A DNA stretch of 64,000 nucleotides from an uncultured Planctomycetales bacterium (lineage in GTDB: Bacteria > Omnitrophota > Gorgyraeia > Zapsychrales > Fredricksoniimonadaceae), in NCBI GenBank assembly GCA_964583975.1, contig CAZOXU010000007.1:11051-75050 (forward strand), written 5' to 3'. Of this stretch, positions 57,382-64,000 are shown one piece after another. Position 1 is the stretch's first letter; every line of letters starts with the position of its first letter. Below the pieces are notes generated by a model that was not told the DNA's origin, did not search any database, and saw only the letters and a program-made list of their open reading frames with translations. The translations under genes and the position numbers were made by a program.

Positions 57382-60300
57382 TTGAAAACATCTCCCCAAG
57401 AACAAACCTTACGTCAGATCCTCCTTAAGCGTATCCTTATTTTGGATGGCGCTATGGGAACCATGATCCAAAAATACAAGCTCACCGAGGAGCATTACAG
57501 GGCGGAGCGCTTTAAAAATTATCCCAGCGATCTTAAGGGTAATAATGATTTACTATCATTAACACAGCCTCAAATCATCGAAGAGATCCATAGTCAATAC
57601 CTCAATGCTGGCGCTGATATTATCGAAACTAATACCTTTAATAGTAATCGCATTAGTATGGCCGATTACCAGATGGAAAATCTGGTCTATGAGCTCAATG
57701 TCGCTTCAGCTAAGATCGCTAAAAAAGCAGCTGATAAGTTCACCAAGGAAAATCCTGGTAAACCTCGTTTTGTGGCAGGTGCAATCGGACCTACAACCCG
57801 AACAGCCTCCCTTTCTCCTGATGTCAACAACCCAGCCTTCCGCGCTGTTAACTTTGATCAATTAGTAGAAGCCTACACAGAGCAACTCAAAGGCCTTATT
57901 GATGGCGGCGTAGATCTACTTTTGATTGAAACAATTTTTGATACGCTCAATGCCAAAGCTGCTATTTTTGCGATTGAAGAATATAGCCAGAAAATCGGAC
58001 GTAAATTCCCTTTAATGATCTCAGGAACAATCACTGATGCGAGCGGACGCACACTTTCGGGACAAACTACCGAAGCGTTCTGGATTTCCATGAAACATGC
58101 CCGCCCTTTAAGCATTGGTCTTAACTGTGCCCTGGGGCCCAAAGATATGCGCCAGTATATCGCTGAGCTTTCGCGTATTGCGGACTGTTTTATCAGCTGC
58201 TACCCCAACGCCGGCCTGCCAAATGCCTTTGGTGAATATGATCTTGGCGCTTCGCCTATGGCTAACATTGTTAAAGAATTTGCTCAAGACGGACTACTGA
58301 ATATTCTAGGCGGTTGTTGCGGAACAACGCCCGACCACATCAAAGAAATGGCGCATGTCGTCACGAATCTTTCTCCTCGAAAAATTCCAGAAATCAAACA
58401 CTACAGTTGTTTTTCTGGTCTTGAACCTCTAATCTTGCGCGAGAACACTAATTTTGTAAACGTTGGTGAAAGAACCAATGTGACTGGATCTAAACAGTTT
58501 GCCAGACTTATTATTGCTGGCAAATATGATGAAGCTCTTGTGGTTGCCCGTCAGCAAGTAGAAAATGGAGCTCAAATCATTGATATTAACATGGATGAGG
58601 CCATGCTCGATTCTAAAACAGCTATGACCACCTTCCTCAACCTGATTGCCTCCGAGCCAGACATTTCTAAGGTTCCTATCATGATTGACTCTTCTAAGTG
58701 GTCAGTCATTGAAGCTGGACTTAAATGTGTCCAGGGAAAAAGCATTGTGAACTCGATCAGTCTCAAAGAAGGCGAAGAATCTTTTAAACAACAGGCCTCA
58801 AAGGTATTGCATTACGGCGCCGCAGCAGTTGTCATGGCCTTTGACGAACAAGGACAAGCAGATACGGTGGAACGTCGAGTCAGCATTTGTAAAAGAGCCT
58901 TTAAAATACTCACCCAAGAAATTGGCTTTGACCCACAAGATATTATTTTTGATCCCAATATCTTTGCAATCGCTACAGGTATTGAAGAACATAATAATTA
59001 CGCCAAAGACTTCTTTGAAGCCACACGCCAAATCAAGGCTGCGTGCCCCGGATGTTTAATCTCTGGGGGTGTTTCCAACGTCTCCTTCTCTTTCCGAGGT
59101 AACGATCCAGTTCGTGAAGCCATGCATTCAAGCTTTCTCTACCATGCTATCAAAGAAGGCATGGATATGGGCATCGTCAATGCGGGTATGATTGCAGTCT
59201 ATGATCAGATCCCTAAAGACTTTTTAGAGCTCATTGAAGATGTAATTCTCAATCGACGTCCTGAAGCTACGGAAAAATTAGTCAGCTTTGCAGAAACCGT
59301 TAAAGCTTCTGGAGAGAAAAAACAAGAAGATCTCTCCTGGCGTCAACTTTCCGTGGAAGATCGACTCTCGCATGCGCTTGTTAAAGGCATTGTTGATTTT
59401 ATTGACCAAGATACCGAAGAAGCTCGGCAGAAATCACGACGGCCGCTCGATGTTATTGAAGGCCCCCTGATGGCTGGCATGAATGTGGTTGGTGATCTTT
59501 TTGGATCTGGAAAGATGTTCCTCCCTCAGGTTGTTAAAAGTGCTCGTGTTATGAAAAAATCCGTGGCTTATCTGCAACCTTTTATTGAAAAAGAAAAAGA
59601 CCAAGCATCCGCCGAAGGCGGATCCGCCTCTGGCGGAAAGGGTGCAGGAACAGTGATTATGGCAACCGTCAAAGGCGATGTGCACGATATTGGAAAAAAT
59701 ATCGTGGGGGTTGTTCTTGCCTGTAATGGTTTTCAAATCGTTGATCTTGGCGTCATGGTGGCTTGCGATAAAATTCTTAAAGCTGCCAAAGAACACAAGG
59801 CCAATATGATTGGTCTCTCTGGTCTTATCACCCCCTCTTTGGATGAAATGGTCACCGTAGCTTCCCAAATGCAAAAAGAAGATTTCAATATCCCTCTTTT
59901 AATTGGAGGTGCAACCACATCACCAGCTCATACAGCTGTTAAGATTGTACCTGCTTATAAAAACAATCTTGTTGTTCATATTAAAGATGCCTCCCGAGCT
60001 GTTGGAGTGTGCCGTTCACTAATGGATCCAACCCTTAAAGAAGGCATTGTCAAAAAAACTCTAGAAGAGTACGATCAGTTACGCACTGAATACGCTTCGC
60101 GTCAAGCTTCGAGAAACTTTATAAGCATTGAAAAAGCTCGAACAAAAGCTCTCCTCACCGATTGGAATAAAGCTGATATCACCAAACCAAGTTTTCTTGG
60201 CCTTAAAACATTCAAAAACTTTGACCTTAATGAAATCCGTGAACGTATTGACTGGTCCTTCTTCTTTATTGCGTGGGAGCTTAAAGGTAAATTCCCACAA

Positions 60301-61092
60301 ATTTTAAAAGACCCCACCTATGGTCAACAAGCCACCCAAGTGTACAATGACGCTATGACCATGCTTGATGAAATTATTCAAAAGAATCTTTTAACAGCTA
60401 ATGGTGTGATTGGCTTTTTTCCGGCAAATTCTGTAGGAGACGATATTGAAATCTACACTGATGACAGCCGAACAAAAGTTTCTCATGTCTTTTACAACCT
60501 GCGGCAACAAAATGTCATCAAGGACAATCAAACCATGTTGTCGCATGCCGATTATATCGCTCCTAAATCTTCTGGCATTAAAGACTATCTCGGAGCCTTT
60601 GCTGTTAGCGCTGGAACAGGACTAGATGAATTGGTTAAAAAATACGAAGATGATCATGATGACTACAAAAGCATCCTTGCGAAAGCGGTGGCTGACCGTT
60701 TAGCAGAGGCCTTTGCTGAATTAATGCACCTTAAAGTTCGCCGTGAACTGTGGGGTTTTGCTCGTGACGAACAACTCAGCGATGAACAAATCAATCTTGG
60801 CCAATACCGAAGCATCCGACCAGCCCCCGGTTATCCGGCCTGCCCCGATCATACAGAAAAAGCCACTCTCTTTAAGATTTTAGATGCCACCAGAAATACA
60901 GGCATCCAATTAACAGAAAGCTATGCGATGTACCCTACAGCCGCTGTTTGTGGCTTGTATTTTGCTCACCCTCGATCTAAATATTTCTCCATTGGTAAAA
61001 TAGAGAAAGATCAAGTAATAGACTACGCTAGACGAAAAAATATGCCTGTTACAGAAATTGAACGCTGGTTAGGTCCAAATTTAGGTTATTAG
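57382..61092 (+). CDS. metH: Cobalamin-dependent methionine synthase
   Basis: 1236 aa. Hcy-binding, pterin-binding, B12-binding (DVHDIGKN) and AdoMet-activation modules. TTG start per ORF track. Confidence 0.95.
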   Translation: MKTSPQEQTLRQILLKRILILDGAMGTMIQKYKLTEEHYRAERFKNYPSDLKGNNDLLSLTQPQIIEEIHSQYLNAGADIIETNTFNSNRISMADYQMENLVYELNVASAKIAKKAADKFTKENPGKPRFVAGAIGPTTRTASLSPDVNNPAFRAVNFDQLVEAYTEQLKGLIDGGVDLLLIETIFDTLNAKAAIFAIEEYSQKIGRKFPLMISGTITDASGRTLSGQTTEAFWISMKHARPLSIGLNCALGPKDMRQYIAELSRIADCFISCYPNAGLPNAFGEYDLGASPMANIVKEFAQDGLLNILGGCCGTTPDHIKEMAHVVTNLSPRKIPEIKHYSCFSGLEPLILRENTNFVNVGERTNVTGSKQFARLIIAGKYDEALVVARQQVENGAQIIDINMDEAMLDSKTAMTTFLNLIASEPDISKVPIMIDSSKWSVIEAGLKCVQGKSIVNSISLKEGEESFKQQASKVLHYGAAAVVMAFDEQGQADTVERRVSICKRAFKILTQEIGFDPQDIIFDPNIFAIATGIEEHNNYAKDFFEATRQIKAACPGCLISGGVSNVSFSFRGNDPVREAMHSSFLYHAIKEGMDMGIVNAGMIAVYDQIPKDFLELIEDVILNRRPEATEKLVSFAETVKASGEKKQEDLSWRQLSVEDRLSHALVKGIVDFIDQDTEEARQKSRRPLDVIEGPLMAGMNVVGDLFGSGKMFLPQVVKSARVMKKSVAYLQPFIEKEKDQASAEGGSASGGKGAGTVIMATVKGDVHDIGKNIVGVVLACNGFQIVDLGVMVACDKILKAAKEHKANMIGLSGLITPSLDEMVTVASQMQKEDFNIPLLIGGATTSPAHTAVKIVPAYKNNLVVHIKDASRAVGVCRSLMDPTLKEGIVKKTLEEYDQLRTEYASRQASRNFISIEKARTKALLTDWNKADITKPSFLGLKTFKNFDLNEIRERIDWSFFFIAWELKGKFPQILKDPTYGQQATQVYNDAMTMLDEIIQKNLLTANGVIGFFPANSVGDDIEIYTDDSRTKVSHVFYNLRQQNVIKDNQTMLSHADYIAPKSSGIKDYLGAFAVSAGTGLDELVKKYEDDHDDYKSILAKAVADRLAEAFAELMHLKVRRELWGFARDEQLSDEQINLGQYRSIRPAPGYPACPDHTEKATLFKILDATRNTGIQLTESYAMYPTAAVCGLYFAHPRSKYFSIGKIEKDQVIDYARRKNMPVTEIERWLGPNLGY

Positions 61093-61142
61093 TTTTATTT
61101 CCAATTGATTGACATCCCCTTTTTAAAATTAGATAATCACTT

Positions 61143-62894
61143 ATGCCTTTCTTAGACGATAAAAACAATATGCATCCGAAACCCTCTAAAGCAATTCTCA
61201 TTGTGAACATCTTGGGTTTTCTTACTTTTGCAACGATCCTTCTTATAACCCTTCTAAAGCCTGATTTTATGAAGTCGGCTTTCATGTACACTTCCTATTA
61301 CATTATTCTTGGACTGACCGTTACCTGGCTTCTAGTTTTAGTTAATCTCAAACAAAGAAACAATTTTCTTCTTTTTCCTTTTCTTCGATCACACTGGCAA
61401 GGGCTGCTAGTTTCATTTCTTTTAGCCTCTATCGTGTTTGTTTCAGTTCCTAAATATTTTCGTGTATTAAGCGATGAAACAAATCTGCTATCCGTAGCCA
61501 AATCCATGACCTTTTATAAACATGTCTCCAATGTCACTGAAGGCCGATGGTATTATGAAATGTTCTGGCCAACCGTGCCAGGATCAACGGAAAAACGTCC
61601 TTTCTTATTCCCATTTTTTACTTCTGTCATGCACAATGTTTTAGGCTACCACATTGAAAACGTCTTTATTCTTAATTATTTTGTTTTATGGATCGCCCTA
61701 TTTCTGCTTTATCTGCTCATTCGTTTCTATATGAGCGATTTAGCTGCCTTTGCAGCCCTTATCTTGGTCGTAAGCCAACCTATTGTTTCGTTTAGCGCAA
61801 CCAGTGCCAGTTTTGAAGTCTTCAATTTCTTATTTCTCCTTATTTCATTCATTTCCTTAAGATATTTTCTAAACAATCCCACTTCTCAAAGTTTTCTAGT
61901 TCTGGCATTAACTCTTATTATGTTGGCTAATGTTCGCTATGAATCCTTTATTTATGGCGCTGTGATCATATTTATTTTACTTGTTACTAAGAATATTAAG
62001 CTTCGCTTCTTCAAAGAATCAGCCTGGTATGCTCTTATTCCCATCCTCTTTTTACCTTTAATATGGCAACGTATCATTATGATAGGAGTACCTGATCCGA
62101 ACTTTCCATCTGGATCTTGGGTCCATGCCTTTAGCTTTGCTTCAGGCATTAAAAATATAGGGAATTTAGCCAAAGAAGCATTCGATATTACCGGTCAGTC
62201 TGGTTATGCAGGTTTAATTAATATTGCAGGAATTCTAGCCTTAATCTCTTGTGTTATTGCTATCATTTTAAACATCTTTCATTCCAAAGATAAGAACCAA
62301 AATATTTTTCTCATATGCATATCATTAAGCGTCCTTGCTGTCTTTACCTTAACCACCATTTATAGCATTGACCCCCACCCTATGAACGGGCGTCTCTATA
62401 TCCCTGCTTTAACACTGTTATCCACACTTTTGATTGTTGTACTTTCAAATCTGTCTTCCTTCATGAATTGGACAAAAACTACCGTCTTAATAGTATCCTT
62501 AACAGCTTTTGTTTTTTACCATCCCGTTGCTGTAGAAGATAAACTTGCTAATAATTTAATGATCATTCGAGAATATCGTTTCGTAGATAATTTCTTGAAA
62601 CGACAAACAGACAAAAACTTCTTAGTTATCTGTGGAAGACCTGGACAGCTGATTGTCAATAATTACGGTGCTATTTATTATTGGACAGCCAATAAAAATG
62701 TTGACGAAATCCTAGAACAGTATAAAAACCATCTTTTTAAAACAATTTACGTTGTCCAATCGATTTCCTATGCCACCCTCAAACCTTTAGCTGATAATGT
62801 TTTAAATGAACGCTATCAATTGGAAACCATTGAAGAACTCATGATTAGCGGTTCTTACTTCTTTCGAATTTCTCGTATAAAGGCACCCAATTAA
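61143..62894 (+). CDS. Polytopic membrane protein, GT-C (PMT/ArnT-like) glycosyltransferase candidate
   Basis: About 12 hydrophobic helices followed by a 120-aa soluble C-terminal domain. No catalytic motif verified. Confidence 0.35.
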   Translation: MPFLDDKNNMHPKPSKAILIVNILGFLTFATILLITLLKPDFMKSAFMYTSYYIILGLTVTWLLVLVNLKQRNNFLLFPFLRSHWQGLLVSFLLASIVFVSVPKYFRVLSDETNLLSVAKSMTFYKHVSNVTEGRWYYEMFWPTVPGSTEKRPFLFPFFTSVMHNVLGYHIENVFILNYFVLWIALFLLYLLIRFYMSDLAAFAALILVVSQPIVSFSATSASFEVFNFLFLLISFISLRYFLNNPTSQSFLVLALTLIMLANVRYESFIYGAVIIFILLVTKNIKLRFFKESAWYALIPILFLPLIWQRIIMIGVPDPNFPSGSWVHAFSFASGIKNIGNLAKEAFDITGQSGYAGLINIAGILALISCVIAIILNIFHSKDKNQNIFLICISLSVLAVFTLTTIYSIDPHPMNGRLYIPALTLLSTLLIVVLSNLSSFMNWTKTTVLIVSLTAFVFYHPVAVEDKLANNLMIIREYRFVDNFLKRQTDKNFLVICGRPGQLIVNNYGAIYYWTANKNVDEILEQYKNHLFKTIYVVQSISYATLKPLADNVLNERYQLETIEELMISGSYFFRISRIKAPN

Positions 62895-62895
62895 A

Positions 62896-63987
62896 CTAGT
62901 AGGCAGGAAAAACAAATTTAGAGTCACTTCTTAATACTTCGTGTCTTGTGTGGGGCTTAGTTGGTTCCAACTCTAAAGGCAACCAACACAATTCCCTAGG
63001 TAAATAATACTGCTTAATAGGATCACCTCTCCTAACAGTCATCCAATAATCATAGATTTGTTCTTTGATCTGGCCTCCTGAATAAAAAGGACGCACATCA
63101 AATCTATTTCTATCTCCCTTAAAAAAAAGCCTAATCTCTCCGGGGCTATAGGGGTAATAGTGATACTTTTTATTCACAAGGTTAATAGCTAAAAAAGAAT
63201 TAGACATATTCAATATAATGAAAAAAAAGCAGACAACTAAAACATGTTTATTAATATCTGTCTTATTGATAAAACGAGCTAAAAAAATAGCAAAAAATAT
63301 CGACCAAAAACCTCCATAATAATATGGCCCCCAAATTCTTAAAACCAGACTGATCAAATAATTAAAAAAGAGAATAAGACCAAACAAGAAGATTGAAAAC
63401 AAAAACAATTCACTCTTCTTTCTGGCTTTAAAAAGTTTAAAAATAATAACTATCCACGACACTAAGGATGCCAAGAAACACCCTGTCAACCACTCGCCCC
63501 CCCTGAATCCTTGAGGAAAAACAATTCCCATGGTTTCTAAAATCAATATTTTTGTGTTAGCGATTAACATTTTAAGAAAATAAATAAACCCTCCAAGATA
63601 ATTGGATGAAAACTCCTTATAAGCTAGACCACTAAAGAACTTTAGAGCCTGATCAAAATGAGGAAAACTAAAACCTGCCAGGCAAGATAAGTAAGGAATA
63701 ATTTTAAAATATGCTAAAGCGGTAATTGCTGGAAGACAAAGCCACAGAAAAAGATATAACTTCCGATGAAATAAGGAATTAAAAAAAATAAGAATGGCTG
63801 GAAAGATTAACAACCCTCCCTCATCCCAATAAAACGAAAAAACAACAAAAAGCCAGAAAAACAAGAAACTCTTTAATGGTATTGCCTGCTGCTGATCTAT
63901 AAATTTCTTCTTGAGTTGGGAAGCCAAATATAAAGAAAAAATAATGACAAAATTAGTCATCGGCTTACCTGGACGAAACAACAGCAC
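62896..63987 (-). CDS. Polytopic membrane protein, probably 5'-truncated by the window edge
   Basis: Reading frame stays open to position 64000 on the minus strand. Multi-TM. Confidence 0.3.
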   Translation of the reverse strand: MLLFRPGKPMTNFVIIFSLYLASQLKKKFIDQQQAIPLKSFLFFWLFVVFSFYWDEGGLLIFPAILIFFNSLFHRKLYLFLWLCLPAITALAYFKIIPYLSCLAGFSFPHFDQALKFFSGLAYKEFSSNYLGGFIYFLKMLIANTKILILETMGIVFPQGFRGGEWLTGCFLASLVSWIVIIFKLFKARKKSELFLFSIFLFGLILFFNYLISLVLRIWGPYYYGGFWSIFFAIFLARFINKTDINKHVLVVCFFFIILNMSNSFLAINLVNKKYHYYPYSPGEIRLFFKGDRNRFDVRPFYSGGQIKEQIYDYWMTVRRGDPIKQYYLPRELCWLPLELEPTKPHTRHEVLRSDSKFVFPAY

Positions 63988-64000
63988 AACACTACTTAAT

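Overview
AT-rich chromosomal window from a diderm (Gram-negative-type) bacterium. Almost everything at 1-49,400 is coded on the minus strand, and the 49.5-62.9 kb tail is on the plus strand. Three blocks stand out. (1) 1-11,089: an F-plasmid-like type IV secretion (tra/MPF-F-like) operon. Its gene order is pilin, TraL, TraE, TraK, TraB, TraV, TraC(VirB4), colinear with F. A four-gene cargo is embedded between traB and traV: a VapBC toxin-antitoxin pair, a radical-SAM/SPASM enzyme, and a GT2 polyprenyl-phosphate glycosyltransferase. (2) 11,275-21,472: an eight-gene T2SS/type-IV-pilus hybrid operon. In transcription order it reads PilM-PilN fusion, PilO/GspM-like, PilP/GspC-like, secretin, GspE/PilB ATPase with MshEN-type c-di-GMP motifs, GspF/PilC, a GT-C membrane glycosyltransferase with TPR tail, and the major prepilin with a strong terminator. 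Directly upstream and co-oriented are a PilX-like minor pilin, a Zn-ribbon membrane protein, a TonB-stub/ExbD/ExbB set and an 819-aa TPR lipoprotein-like protein. (3) 25,602-44,834: housekeeping and biosynthesis. This includes uvrA, a tandem-repeat Lys-rich histone-like protein, and a 15-gene co-directional array: argCJBDFGH, lysA, dapF, dapA, dapB, a DapL-like aminotransferase, folK, panC, nadX. It ends with rplM-rpsI. The remainder encodes MtaB-like methylthiotransferase, HtpX with a C-terminal EF-hand, a DUF1653/flavin-reductase/TrpD2-like trio, Dus, an Lpd-family flavoprotein, an ABC-2 exporter, a BolA/Grx/GshB glutathione cluster with a non-canonical ligase, MetH, and GT-C-like membrane proteins. 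A GC-rich palindromic repeat family (CCTGCCTGCCGGCAGGCAGG core) occurs three times in intergenic spacers, and a 23-bp inverted-repeat element sits between convergent genes. No rRNA, tRNA, CRISPR, integrase or transposase was recognised. Taxonomic origin cannot be fixed from sequence alone.
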